Positions 1 through 9,722 of a DNA stretch of 64,000 bases are shown here, in pieces. Position numbers and translations under genes: made by a program. The notes below the pieces were generated by a model that did no database searches, was not told where the DNA came from, and was given only the letters and a program-made list of their open reading frames with translations. Each line of letters begins with the position of its first letter. Positions within the stretch are counted from its first letter, which is position 1. This stretch comes from a virus (lineage: Duplodnaviria > Caudoviricetes), in IMG/VR virus record IMGVR_UViG_3300032280_000442, positions 192,001 through 256,000 of that record; one strand, 5' to 3'.

Positions 1-1197
1 TCCAACAGTTTTAGTTGCGGCTAACCCTAAACCTGTTCTATCCCCTAAACTATTAATTGCCGCCGCCACATCTTTTGTTGCACTTAATTGTTCTTTAGCC
101 AAATCCTCCATTGATTTTGGTGCGGTGTTGGCCATTTTCTCAATTGCCGCAACATCATCTTTACTTAATTCAGAAACCGATTTTTGTTGTTCATTACCTT
201 TTTCATCAGTAAATTTAACAGTATATTCCCCATTCGCACCCATTTCTGCCATATTGGCAATCATTTTCTTTTGGTCTTCGGGTACATCCGGAAATGAAAT
301 TTCTTTCATTTTCTTATCTAAATCCGCACTACCTAATGCCATTTTAGCTAAAGTACCACTAGCTAACCCCATAGCCTGTTCAACTTCTCTTAATTGTCGT
401 TTGGCACCCGGCATAATCTCAAAATGCCCATCTTTACCAAGTTGAACAAATTGTTTACTCATTTGAGCAATTTGATTTTGTAACTCAGCAGGGTCATTTT
501 GAGATAAATCCATTAATTTTAATGGGTCTAATAATGCACTCTGAGAAACACCTAATCGTTGCATTGCCGCAGCAACTTCAATAGCGCCTTCAGGATTAAA
601 TACTTTTTCAGCAAACTGTAATGTTTGTGACATATCAATCCTTAAAGATGTTGCTTGTGCCGCCATTTTAGCCAAACCTTCAACACCACCGGCAAAATTA
701 TATTTGTTAAGAGCCTGCATATTATCCAAAACTGTTTTAGAAACCGCTTGAGCATTTACACCCGACTCTCTCGCAACATTAACAACTTTTAACATTTCTC
801 CCGCAGCTTTTCCTGCACCAATACCTGCGTCAGCCATACCACCAACTATTTTACTTGTCTCTTGACCGGTAACTTTCATTGTTGCATATAAATCTTTGGT
901 TGTTTCTTCAGTTAACACAACGTTTCTACCTAATTCTTTAGACGCCTCTTGCTGAATTTTAAGAACATCAACAATATCCCCACCTAATTTTCTTACTGAT
1001 GTCACAGACTCAGCCATACTCATCCTCAATATATCGGACATTTGTTGACCTTGTCCAAACTGTTTGAGCATAGTACTTGCAGCCTCATCAAGTTTTAATA
1101 CTATTTTAGCAATCGATTCAGGATTAAAATTAGAACCAATTGCCTCTCCTAATCCTCTTGTGGTTGAACTATCTTCCGGTGTTACAGGGTCTGCCAT
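1..1197 (-). CDS. Tape measure-like tail protein (5' part; runs off the window's left edge)
   Basis: Not in ORF track. ATG at 1197; frame open to position 1 (MADPVTPEDSSTTRGLGEAIG...FAGGVEGLAKMAAQATSLRIDM...). Ala/Gln/Met-rich helical composition; lies downstream of sheath, tube and chaperone genes. Confidence 0.75.
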   Translation of the reverse strand, partial: MADPVTPEDSSTTRGLGEAIGSNFNPESIAKIVLKLDEAASTMLKQFGQGQQMSDILRMSMAESVTSVRKLGGDIVDVLKIQQEASKELGRNVVLTEETTKDLYATMKVTGQETSKIVGGMADAGIGAGKAAGEMLKVVNVARESGVNAQAVSKTVLDNMQALNKYNFAGGVEGLAKMAAQATSLRIDMSQTLQFAEKVFNPEGAIEVAAAMQRLGVSQSALLDPLKLMDLSQNDPAELQNQIAQMSKQFVQLGKDGHFEIMPGAKRQLREVEQAMGLASGTLAKMALGSADLDKKMKEISFPDVPEDQKKMIANMAEMGANGEYTVKFTDEKGNEQQKSVSELSKDDVAAIEKMANTAPKSMEDLAKEQLSATKDVAAAINSLGDRTGLGLAATKTVG

Positions 1198-1218
1198 ATT
1201 AAAATGTTTTTATAAATA

Positions 1219-1260
1219 AATACACCAAACATAGTTTTTAAATCACTAGTTTGGTGTATT
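1219..1260. terminator. Inverted repeat/hairpin between the chaperone region and the tape measure gene
   Basis: AATACACCAAAC (1219-1230) pairs with GTTTGGTGTATT (1249-1260); overlaps the TAG stop of the 1246-1374 ORF. Confidence 0.45.
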
Positions 1261-1374
1261 ATTCTCGATTAGTCTAGTTATTAGGTGTTTTCTAAAATAT
1301 GTTGGCATAGAATGAAAATCCGAATATGATACGTGGATTGATTGAGCCAAATACAAATATTCCTCAATCAACAT
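1246..1374 (-). CDS. Small 42-aa ORF, putative C-terminal (gpT-like / T4 gp51-like) part of the tail assembly chaperone
   Basis: MLIEEYLYLAQSIHVSYSDFHSMPTYFRKHLITRLIENNTPN; in the +1 frame relative to 1385-2140 and open back across that gene's stop codon. Confidence 0.65.
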   Translation of the reverse strand: MLIEEYLYLAQSIHVSYSDFHSMPTYFRKHLITRLIENNTPN

Positions 1375-1384
1375 TTGCCTATGA

Positions 1385-2140
1385 TTAGAAGAAAGGGCGA
1401 AAAAAGTCCACCCCAAAGGCAATCTCGAAAGATACCAATTCTCCTGATGGGGCGATTACACTTCTTTTTAAATCCAATGACGGCTCATTATCTTTTAAAA
1501 ACTTTCTTATGTATTTTGAATCCATAATTGGTAAAGTATCAATAAATAAACTTATTTTTGATTTATCTTGTTCACCATCAATTTCAACAATATGTTTTAG
1601 TAATTTCCAAGTAATTCTTGGAGCTTGTCTACCAGCAGGATATTGGTCAGCCATTTTATCTAACTCAATTGTATCATTAAAAGTTGTTGGTCTTAATTTA
1701 ACCGTAACACCTGTTTTTGGTAATTTAGTAGTAAATGTTCCGTCCTCATCAGGTTTAACTTCAGTTTTTCTAATATTTAATTCGTCTAATAAAATAGTAC
1801 CAACAAATGGTTTATCTGTTGCCGGGTCAATTAAATTTATACTATATTCCGGACCAAATGACGTATTTCTTAAAAATATTAAAATAGCCTCAACATCACC
1901 GTCTAAAAGTTCTTCAGGACGTAAGTCGTGTTCATACAATTTATTTCTTAATAATTTTAATATAATATTTTCACTACTACGACCAGCACCAATTAAATAA
2001 TTCTCGTCATTTGCCGTTAAGTACCCAATCTTAACCGACTTCTTTTTTGATTTGTAAAAAATACCACCTGTAGGTAATTGAACCATATCGTGAGGTAAAT
2101 TAAAATTTTGAGTTGCTGCATCAATTAAATTTTGTTCCAT
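1385..2140 (-). CDS. Tail assembly chaperone / T4 gp26-like baseplate hub assembly protein
   Basis: VQLPTGGIFY, LTANDENYL, LLDGDVEAILIFLR motifs, C-terminal DFFRPFF; located between tube and tape measure genes. Confidence 0.65.
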   Translation of the reverse strand: MEQNLIDAATQNFNLPHDMVQLPTGGIFYKSKKKSVKIGYLTANDENYLIGAGRSSENIILKLLRNKLYEHDLRPEELLDGDVEAILIFLRNTSFGPEYSINLIDPATDKPFVGTILLDELNIRKTEVKPDEDGTFTTKLPKTGVTVKLRPTTFNDTIELDKMADQYPAGRQAPRITWKLLKHIVEIDGEQDKSKISLFIDTLPIMDSKYIRKFLKDNEPSLDLKRSVIAPSGELVSFEIAFGVDFFRPFF

Positions 2141-2190
2141 ATAATTTTGTTTTTATTATAAATAATAGAATATGTTTTTTTAAACTAAAT

Positions 2191-2216
2191 AAAAAACCCA
2201 CTTAAAAGTGGGTTTT
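2191..2216. terminator. Intrinsic terminator-like hairpin (potentially bidirectional)
   Basis: AAAAAACCCACT-TAAA-AGTGGGTTTT. Confidence 0.7.
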
Positions 2217-2421
2217 ATCTAAAATATAATACACATATTTTTTTTTCGACTATTAATTTATTAATATACTCTACTCGAGTCATAAATTCTGTATTAATAT
2301 CCATATGTTCTGTTAAAGCAAGAACTTTTTTATAAAGTCTTGGTTCATTGGTTGAAAACCATTTTTCATTACTTAATGTTGGAGAATTACGAATTTTTTC
2401 AATTGTTATCCCTCGATACAT
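2215..2421 (-). CDS. Small hypothetical protein
   Basis: 68-aa ORF tightly following the tube gene and ending at a terminator hairpin. Confidence 0.45.
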   Translation of the reverse strand: MYRGITIEKIRNSPTLSNEKWFSTNEPRLYKKVLALTEHMDINTEFMTRVEYINKLIVEKKICVLYFR

Positions 2422-2422
2422 A

Positions 2423-2911
2423 TTAGTAAACTAAAATACATCTATCCATACGAATAGTTGTTGAAATACCCGCAATAGCATCATCCGCATATCCTAAACT
2501 ATCAAAGTTAACATCACTTAAAAAAGCACCTTCCAAAATCCATTTTTCAACAACAACTCCTGTTGGGTCTAACATCTCTAAATCAATGTTTTTCTTGTAT
2601 CCCGCAGCATACCCCATACGACCTGTTACTGACTCAGCACATAAACGAACCCATTCCATAAGAGCTTGTGACGCTGAAGGACCAATAGGGTCTCTAAATT
2701 TAACTTGAATTGTCCCCCAAGTAAAACGACCCGCAACATATGTTGAAGTGTTTAAAAAAGGTATCTCAATGTCTTTAATTGTTATATGTGGTCTTGCAGC
2801 CGTTTCTACGAACCATTCGTTAATCCCTAAAGTAGATGGAAATCGTACAATAAACCTATTTTTTCTTTTTGGTTCATACGGTATGGGCATTTTCATTAAT
2901 AAATCAGCCAT
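2423..2911 (-). CDS. Tail tube protein (T4 gp19-like)
   Basis: YEPKRKNRF, YVAGRFTWGTI, LMEWVRL, YKKNIDLEMLDPTGVVVEKWILEGAF motifs; 162 aa; downstream of sheath gene. Confidence 0.9.
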   Translation of the reverse strand: MADLLMKMPIPYEPKRKNRFIVRFPSTLGINEWFVETAARPHITIKDIEIPFLNTSTYVAGRFTWGTIQVKFRDPIGPSASQALMEWVRLCAESVTGRMGYAAGYKKNIDLEMLDPTGVVVEKWILEGAFLSDVNFDSLGYADDAIAGISTTIRMDRCILVY

Positions 2912-2983
2912 TTTTTAATTTGTTTTTAAATTTTATTGTTTTATCTTGTTTATTATAAATATAATCTATTTAATTTTTTTATC

Positions 2984-3012
2984 TTGACTTTTAGAATTAA
3001 AATTTGTATAAT
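2984..3012 (+). promoter_or_regulatory. Sigma70-type promoter consensus oriented antisense to the tail operon
   Basis: TTGACT (2984-2989), 17-nt spacer, TATAAT (3007-3012). Confidence 0.5.
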
Positions 3013-3090
3013 TCTAGAAATTCTAGTTTTTATATTAATATTTTATTAATTAGTTTTTTTATTAAATATTTTTTATTAATAATAATTAGT

Positions 3091-3909
3091 TTAATATTCT
3101 TTTTTAATGCCTCCTGCTGTTGAATATGTTTTAATAATATTCTCTGGGTCATCCTCAAAATGTTTCTTAACAACTTCCACATTTTTTAAATCGTCATCTG
3201 AAAAACCTATTTTAGGGACAAAATAATTGTTTATTTTATTTTTTAAGAAAGCTTTCTTTTGTATATGTTGAGACATTGCTTTGACATAACTAACAAATTC
3301 TTTTAAAGCTTTGATTTTACCTTCTTCGGGATTTGTTGCTGAACCTTCACCATAAGTAACCGGATAGAATTTACATAAATCTAAATACTCTCGAATCATT
3401 TCTCTTTTAGAAGTGTTTTCCTCATCAGCTAAATCTCTATATTTTTCTAAATTTTTAACTAACTCATCCGAATCAATACCATTAAGGTTTGATACAATAT
3501 AGTTGTAACAAGCTTCTTTAATAACTGATGGTGTATGTCCTCTAGCGGTCACAATTGAAAATATTGAACCGTTATTAATCGCCTCAACAAAATCATTCCA
3601 AGCAGGTCCCGGTTTTGCTAACATAGTATCAATAATGAACTGTCTATCACCTTTAACACCAAAGTATCTAAAAGGTTCATCAGCAAATCCAACTATTGTA
3701 TGTCCATCAAATTCAAACGGTTCTTTACCAATTTGTTCTCTATAAGTCGCAAAATCTTCAGTAGACATTCCAACCTCATCACCGTCTTCATCTTTTAATA
3801 TAATTTTGGTTGGCATTGAAACTATATTATCATCCCAATCAAATGCGTAATACTTTTCATCCGGAGCACCAAATTCATCAATACCCTCTACAATTTTATT
3901 TTTTAACAT
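3091..3909 (-). CDS. HAD-superfamily-like hypothetical protein
   Basis: YAFDWDDNI (motif I DxD), IVTARGH (motif II), GFSDDD (motif IV). Confidence 0.6.
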   Translation of the reverse strand: MLKNKIVEGIDEFGAPDEKYYAFDWDDNIVSMPTKIILKDEDGDEVGMSTEDFATYREQIGKEPFEFDGHTIVGFADEPFRYFGVKGDRQFIIDTMLAKPGPAWNDFVEAINNGSIFSIVTARGHTPSVIKEACYNYIVSNLNGIDSDELVKNLEKYRDLADEENTSKREMIREYLDLCKFYPVTYGEGSATNPEEGKIKALKEFVSYVKAMSQHIQKKAFLKNKINNYFVPKIGFSDDDLKNVEVVKKHFEDDPENIIKTYSTAGGIKKEY

Positions 3910-3927
3910 AATATTAAATTAAGGCTT

Positions 3928-3960
3928 AATTATGACCCACTATTACAATGGGTCATAATT
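3928..3960. terminator. 12-bp perfect stem-loop just downstream of the sheath gene
   Basis: AATTATGACCCA-(9 nt)-TGGGTCATAATT. Confidence 0.55.
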
Positions 3961-3967
3961 TTATTTA

Positions 3968-6900
3968 TTATATATTCTCGAAAGAAGCTCCGGTTGGAGT
4001 AATATAGAACGTAATATCTATAAATTCTAACGATTTGGTTGGTTTGATGTAAATCTTACCAGTCATTTGATTTCTGTCTAAATCAGCCGTATCTGATGAT
4101 ACTGTAACTCGGAAATCATATAAACCTCTGTCTCTTCTGATAGCGTCCAAGATAGGGTTAACCGCGTCTAAGAAGTCTTGTCTTACTTTTTGGTCGTTTT
4201 GTTCAAACAATAATCTTACAGATACTGCTGAAATCAATTTACGAGCTTGAAGTAATAATCTTCTTACATTAATTCTATCAAGAGCAGATTGTGCTACTTG
4301 TAGAGTTTTATTACCCCAAATTACTGTACCAACATCAGAGAAAGTTGCAATTGGATTAATACGTCCTTGATAAAGAGTGTCTCTATCCTCTTGAGTAAGT
4401 TTCTTTCTCGCTTTAACAGCGTTTACAATACCTCTTGTGTAACCTGCCGCCGCGAACCAAGGGAACGCAATGTTATCGGTTAACGCCAAGTTTCTTACAA
4501 CCTCAGCTGTTGGTGGTAAATAGATTTGTGTATTATTAACACTATCTCTAGTTAATACCCAAGGGTAATAAGTTGCTGTGTAGTTAGAGTCAATACCACT
4601 ATCTTCTAAAGTATTTACCGCCTCTTGTGGATAAACTAACTGAGTTGGGTCATAAGTTGGTAAAAGTAAATTACTATCAGCCGTTGTACAAATATACAAT
4701 GAGTCAGCTCTATTAAACTCAATCATTTCAATTGCCTCTTCCACTAAATCAGAGTTATTAGTATAATCAATACCTGGAGTCACAAATAAATTGATATTAA
4801 CTGCCTCAGGATTTGAGAATGTTTGTTGTCCTAATAAGTATGCGTAGTAGTCCGTGTTTGCCCAATCAACACTATTGTTTCCAACAGTAATTTTCTTGAA
4901 TGCACCCCAACCTGTTGCAGTTGGGTATTGAATATCTGAACAAGCCCCATTTAAGTAACCTCTTCGACCTAATTTAAATAAGTCACCATTTGTTCTACGT
5001 TCTGTATAGATATCCCATCCATCAAACCCTCCTTGAACTAATAAAGAGAATTTACGAGAATATATTCTGTAATAAGGACTAGCCTCACTTGAAGGGTCCG
5101 ATGTAAATGTTGCATCACCTACATAATAAGCCGGAGTTCCACTTGTTGTATATGCGTTTGAAATAGTAATACCACTAGCGTTTTTATCCATATGGAAACC
5201 TTTAGTTAACGTTAACCATTCAGCCGCGTCACTATCAATACATAAATTTAATGGTTTTTGTTTTCCTTTATATCGGAAGAAATCAACATCATATCCCGCA
5301 CCGTTTCCTGTAGAAATACCTAAATAAGTTCTACGAACATTATCACCCGGACTTAATGTAGCATCATTACTACCTGAACTTAATCCAAATGGTGGGTCAA
5401 ACACAACTTCACCAGGGTAATCGTATTTAGTTTTATAGATAGGGAATGGAGACCTTGACGAACCATATTGTCTAAATTTAAATCCTTTAAACCCACAAGG
5501 TAATGTATCAATAGGTGCGTCCTCATTCATTTCAACCATAATGTATTTTGAATTCAATGCGTATTCACCATCACTTGTACCAATTTTTTGAGCCACAAAT
5601 GAATTACTATTAGGGTCCATTGTACAATTTGTAAATTTCTCAATAACTACAGGATTATTATCAGTATCGTAGAAATCTCTAACTAACACGTCAAATGTTA
5701 AATTACCAAAAGACATATTTGCGATTGAAATTTTAACTTCTGTGTTAGCAGAATCTCCATCGGAAATAGTTGCAAATCTAAATAAGTCAAATACTTTATT
5801 ACCTCTTACCTCAGAAACAACCCACGGAGATACCGGAGTTTGATATTTTTCTAAATAATAAGCTATTGATGATGAGTTACCACCTGCAGCTCTTGGTAAA
5901 TCCAATAAATTACAATTTAAACCTCGAATATAACCTTTATTGTAACCATAGTTTAATAATGTTTGGAATCTTTCTTCAACAAACAATGGAACTGTAGTTC
6001 TTGGTTTAGCGAAATTTGAAGAACCAAATACTTTAGGTAAATATTTTGAATCCGATTCACTAAATGATGTTTCAAAGAAGAATGTATTACCATCGTAATC
6101 TGTCACATTAAGACCAAATGTTGAATATGGGTTTTTAGCAATATCAGAATATGTTGATGCTGTACAATTAATTGAAACGTCGGTTAATCCTGTTACTTCA
6201 TAAGCAGGTCCATCACTATTGGTACCATAAGTTGCAATACCTCTTGAACGAAGTGTTGCTATAACCATATCATCAAAATCAGTATACGAAACACCTGAAT
6301 ATGTGTAAATTTTACCACTTACCGTACCACTATAACAAGTTGTTAATATTCCCGTATTGCGAGTTCCTGTGTTACCTGTTGTAGAAGGATTACAAGGATT
6401 ATTTATAATTACATTAACTATCCAAGATTGTATATTAGAACCATCCTGAGATGTTAATACGTAAGTTTTAGTTCTCGCTGAAAAGTTTTGAGTAGTTCCT
6501 GTACTTTGTTGTGTAACACCACTAACTGTAACACCTGTTGTACAAGCACTAAATGTAACGGTTAACGCTGTTAATCCTGATGTCGGTGTGTTAGACGGTA
6601 ATACAACATCGATTGTGTTAGTATTATAATTTATACTACCTACAGTGTTTGAAACTGTTGCAGAACTCATAGATAACGAATAGAATGACGCACAATTTGA
6701 TGATGATGTTGTGGCTGTTAAAGTATTTACAACATTATAGAATGAGAAACCACTATATGAACCACTATTATTATCAAATAAAGAATAATACCAAGGGTCA
6801 TTGTTTGCATCCGTATAATCTGCATTAGTTGAACTTACACTATCAACACCATAAACATTAGTTGAGTTTGTGTAACCCGTACTTAACGTATTATAATCAG

Positions 6901-7555
6901 AACCTGAAATTGTTCCGTAATAATTTATAGATGTTGCTGAACTACTTGGTGTTGTAAGAACATTAAACAGTTGTGTTTGAATGTTATCTAAAATTCTTGA
7001 CGTACTACCATTGAAGGTTTCATACGTATCATTAATTTTATTTGATATTAATGGTGGTACGTTAGACACTTGAATTGTTTCAATACCACTATTACAACCT
7101 GTAAAAGTAAATGTAAACGGTGTTATTGTATAACCTGTACATACATTAGCACATAATGCTAAGTCATATGTAAAACCTGAACATTGGAACCCCACTGTTG
7201 ATTTATCTACGTTCGCAATTGTAGTAATAGACCAAGATGGTCCCGCGTCATATCCTGATAATCCCAAAATTCTTGTAACAAACAATTGATTAGATTGTTG
7301 TAAATAAGCCTTTGCGATATACGAAGCTTCATACTTCGGTATTTGTGTATTAATAAACTTTTCAGGGGATGTTCCTCCAAAAAAAGTTGAGAATTCATCG
7401 AAGTTACGTATAAAAATAGGTTCAAAGGCAGGACCTTTTTGTGTCTCACCTACAATACCTAATGTGGTTACACCCACACTCTGTGCTACGAAACTTAAAT
7501 CAACTTCGGAAGTATATACCCCTGGAGATACGAATACTTTGCTGTTTGTTGCCAT
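3968..7555 (-). CDS. Contractile tail sheath protein (T4 gp18-like) with large insertions
   Basis: N-terminal VSPGVYTSEVDLS...GETQKGPAFEP; C-terminal PWFAAAGYTRG, RDTLYQGRINPI, WGNKTLQ, LDRINVRRLL, IKPTKSLEFIDITF. Confidence 0.95.
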   Translation of the reverse strand: MATNSKVFVSPGVYTSEVDLSFVAQSVGVTTLGIVGETQKGPAFEPIFIRNFDEFSTFFGGTSPEKFINTQIPKYEASYIAKAYLQQSNQLFVTRILGLSGYDAGPSWSITTIANVDKSTVGFQCSGFTYDLALCANVCTGYTITPFTFTFTGCNSGIETIQVSNVPPLISNKINDTYETFNGSTSRILDNIQTQLFNVLTTPSSSATSINYYGTISGSDYNTLSTGYTNSTNVYGVDSVSSTNADYTDANNDPWYYSLFDNNSGSYSGFSFYNVVNTLTATTSSSNCASFYSLSMSSATVSNTVGSINYNTNTIDVVLPSNTPTSGLTALTVTFSACTTGVTVSGVTQQSTGTTQNFSARTKTYVLTSQDGSNIQSWIVNVIINNPCNPSTTGNTGTRNTGILTTCYSGTVSGKIYTYSGVSYTDFDDMVIATLRSRGIATYGTNSDGPAYEVTGLTDVSINCTASTYSDIAKNPYSTFGLNVTDYDGNTFFFETSFSESDSKYLPKVFGSSNFAKPRTTVPLFVEERFQTLLNYGYNKGYIRGLNCNLLDLPRAAGGNSSSIAYYLEKYQTPVSPWVVSEVRGNKVFDLFRFATISDGDSANTEVKISIANMSFGNLTFDVLVRDFYDTDNNPVVIEKFTNCTMDPNSNSFVAQKIGTSDGEYALNSKYIMVEMNEDAPIDTLPCGFKGFKFRQYGSSRSPFPIYKTKYDYPGEVVFDPPFGLSSGSNDATLSPGDNVRRTYLGISTGNGAGYDVDFFRYKGKQKPLNLCIDSDAAEWLTLTKGFHMDKNASGITISNAYTTSGTPAYYVGDATFTSDPSSEASPYYRIYSRKFSLLVQGGFDGWDIYTERRTNGDLFKLGRRGYLNGACSDIQYPTATGWGAFKKITVGNNSVDWANTDYYAYLLGQQTFSNPEAVNINLFVTPGIDYTNNSDLVEEAIEMIEFNRADSLYICTTADSNLLLPTYDPTQLVYPQEAVNTLEDSGIDSNYTATYYPWVLTRDSVNNTQIYLPPTAEVVRNLALTDNIAFPWFAAAGYTRGIVNAVKARKKLTQEDRDTLYQGRINPIATFSDVGTVIWGNKTLQVAQSALDRINVRRLLLQARKLISAVSVRLLFEQNDQKVRQDFLDAVNPILDAIRRDRGLYDFRVTVSSDTADLDRNQMTGKIYIKPTKSLEFIDITFYITPTGASFENI

Positions 7556-7672
7556 TAGTTTGTCTTGTTTATAATTTTATTTATATATAAATATTAAAAA
7601 AAAATCAAAATACTTTACTTCGTAGCAACTATTTATATTTTAGGTAGATTATTTTCTGCCTTTTTTCTACTT

Positions 7673-7837
7673 ATGGATAAAGACATCAAAAAGATTAAAA
7701 ATTTAAAGATATCAGTGGAGACACACGAGATTCTTAAAACTTATTGTGAAAAGAGGGGTATAAAAATGTATCGTTTTTTAGAAAGGTTAATTATTGAAAA
7801 ATGCAAACCTAAAAAAGATGTATATGGTGAGGATTAA
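7673..7837 (+). CDS. Small ribbon-helix-helix-like DNA-binding protein (54 aa)
   Basis: Below ORF-track cutoff. MDKDIKKIKNLKISVETHEILKTYCEKRGIKMYRFLERLIIEKC...; beta-strand-helix-helix pattern; TATTTATA at 7630-7637 upstream. Confidence 0.6.
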   Translation: MDKDIKKIKNLKISVETHEILKTYCEKRGIKMYRFLERLIIEKCKPKKDVYGED

Positions 7838-8868
7838 AATATCTTATCAATAAATTGAATAGTTGATTCTAATGATGGATTATCCTTAACTATTTCTAAT
7901 CTTAACACATCTCCTGAATTAATTTGTATTAATTCCAAATCAGAACCATAATAGTCATCATTAATGTAAACATCAAATGAATCAACATTAATAGTGTTAC
8001 CTATTTTAATGTCAACAACATAACTAAATAATTGAGTTAAACTTGTGTTACCTGATAAAAACAACGCCTGACTTCCGGGACCTTCCTCAATAGGTTTTTT
8101 CTTATTACGTCTTGTTGTCTTTTTTTCAAATTCAACAACTTGTAAAACTCTTGTTATAGCAGGTGACACTTCAAATTCATCTTCGTCAATTAAAAATCCT
8201 AACATTGTAAATTCATAACTTTGGATGTAGTATTTTCTTTTTTCAACCTCCATAACGGATTCGTCGGTAATATTACCCATAATGATTGGAATATAGTGTC
8301 CTTTGATAACCGCATAAGCTTGTCTTGATGCAAATTTTTCAAGAATAACTTGATTGAGTTTATTTAACTCCCTCATTCTATTACAAATAATTTTAATAGA
8401 GTAAGTAATATCTACAGGTACCGGTTGAGGTATTGTATAAACATCCATACCATTTCTTTGACCATCCCAAGTTGGAACTTGAGCATAAAAATATTGTCTT
8501 CTATTTGGTATGTTATATAATAACGAAGGGTTTGTCCCAAATTTAACTTCCGGATTTCTGATTGTTGTTATAAATGGGGGTTCAGCGTTTTTATCTATGT
8601 TTTGGAAATTCCAAGTTTCGGTAAAATTAGCCCAATTCTGAGTTGTAACAATAATATCCACAGTTGGAATTGTTTTACCTTCAACCACTACTTTTAACTC
8701 GTCTTTAACAAAATCTAAAAAACCTCTGTCTAAGTCGGCGTGCAATAAAGATTTTGGAAGATAAGTTCCATCTTTATTAATTTTTTCTAACAACTCTTTT
8801 CTTCTTGGTAAAAGAGTTTTTGTTTCTGTTAGGGGTAAATTTTTCTTTATTTTACTTGGTAAACCCAT
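7834..8868 (-). CDS. Putative tail completion/terminator protein (gp15-like)
   Basis: PQPVPVDITYSIKI, ELNKLNQ, YEFTMLGFL pattern; upstream of sheath gene. Confidence 0.5.
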   Translation of the reverse strand: MGLPSKIKKNLPLTETKTLLPRRKELLEKINKDGTYLPKSLLHADLDRGFLDFVKDELKVVVEGKTIPTVDIIVTTQNWANFTETWNFQNIDKNAEPPFITTIRNPEVKFGTNPSLLYNIPNRRQYFYAQVPTWDGQRNGMDVYTIPQPVPVDITYSIKIICNRMRELNKLNQVILEKFASRQAYAVIKGHYIPIIMGNITDESVMEVEKRKYYIQSYEFTMLGFLIDEDEFEVSPAITRVLQVVEFEKKTTRRNKKKPIEEGPGSQALFLSGNTSLTQLFSYVVDIKIGNTINVDSFDVYINDDYYGSDLELIQINSGDVLRLEIVKDNPSLESTIQFIDKIF

Positions 8869-8869
8869 T

Positions 8870-9316
8870 TTATTGTTTTGTTATAAATATTTTGTTTCTT
8901 GAATTTATCATTTTAACTTCACTGCTACGATATATTGGTTCTTCAGTATCTTTCATAACAAATGAATTATACTTATATGGGTTATAAGTCACAATATTGT
9001 TGTTAGGTTCACTTGGTATATTAATACAAGGGTAACTACAATAATCAACTAAATAACCAATAACAAATGAATGAACATTTTTTCTTTTGTCTTGTAATAC
9101 CTTATCTCTACCACCTTGTCTAACTCTAAATTCAACATCAACTAATTTAACATAATCTGCGTGAGTAATTACTCTACCGTTATAAGTTACTGAAAAAGTG
9201 TGTTTATGTAAGTTATAATAAACCATAACTTTATCACCAATATGTTGTTTTTCTTCATCATTGGTGATAGTTTCTAATAACTGTTTATATTGATTTTCTT
9301 TAATTATAATTTTCAT
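8870..9316 (-). CDS. Hypothetical phage protein with MKIIIKENQY N-terminal leader
   Basis: 148-aa ORF; KVMVYYNLHK...KRKNVHSFVIG...VTYNPYK. Confidence 0.75.
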   Translation of the reverse strand: MKIIIKENQYKQLLETITNDEEKQHIGDKVMVYYNLHKHTFSVTYNGRVITHADYVKLVDVEFRVRQGGRDKVLQDKRKNVHSFVIGYLVDYCSYPCINIPSEPNNNIVTYNPYKYNSFVMKDTEEPIYRSSEVKMINSRNKIFITKQ

Positions 9317-9722
9317 AATTGTAATATGTTGATAATGTTTTAACTGGTAAATAAAAATTATCTTGGAACCATTTTTTCATTGGTTCGTGCCAATGGTTAT
9401 CAAACATAGAGTCTAAGTGTCTTCCATACTCACCCAAAACTTCTAAAGTTGGTGATTTGTCTCTAAACGGTTTATGTGAAGGGTCATTTTTATCATAGTA
9501 GTCAACATCAAAATAATGAAAAACACAATCAGAATCTTCTTCACCTTCCCACTCACCTTTAAAGAAAATTAAAAAGTTTTCATTTTCCATATCAATATCA
9601 ACATATCCGTCATCATCTACACCAAGACCATAAACCCAATCCATATCATTTGAGTTAAAGGTTTCATCAATATATTTGTAGATTGAATTAAATAATCTAT
9701 TTTCTGTTATTACTACTTTCAT
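9300..9722 (-). CDS. Hypothetical acidic protein with MKVVITENRL N-terminal leader
   Basis: 140-aa ORF overlapping both neighbours. Confidence 0.7.
   Translation of the reverse strand: MKVVITENRLFNSIYKYIDETFNSNDMDWVYGLGVDDDGYVDIDMENENFLIFFKGEWEGEEDSDCVFHYFDVDYYDKNDPSHKPFRDKSPTLEVLGEYGRHLDSMFDNHWHEPMKKWFQDNFYLPVKTLSTYYNYENYN

Noticed and set aside
125-2000. Plus-strand ORFs 125-445, 1342-1527 and 1509-2000
   Set aside because: Antisense to well-supported tail genes, with no recognisable motifs.
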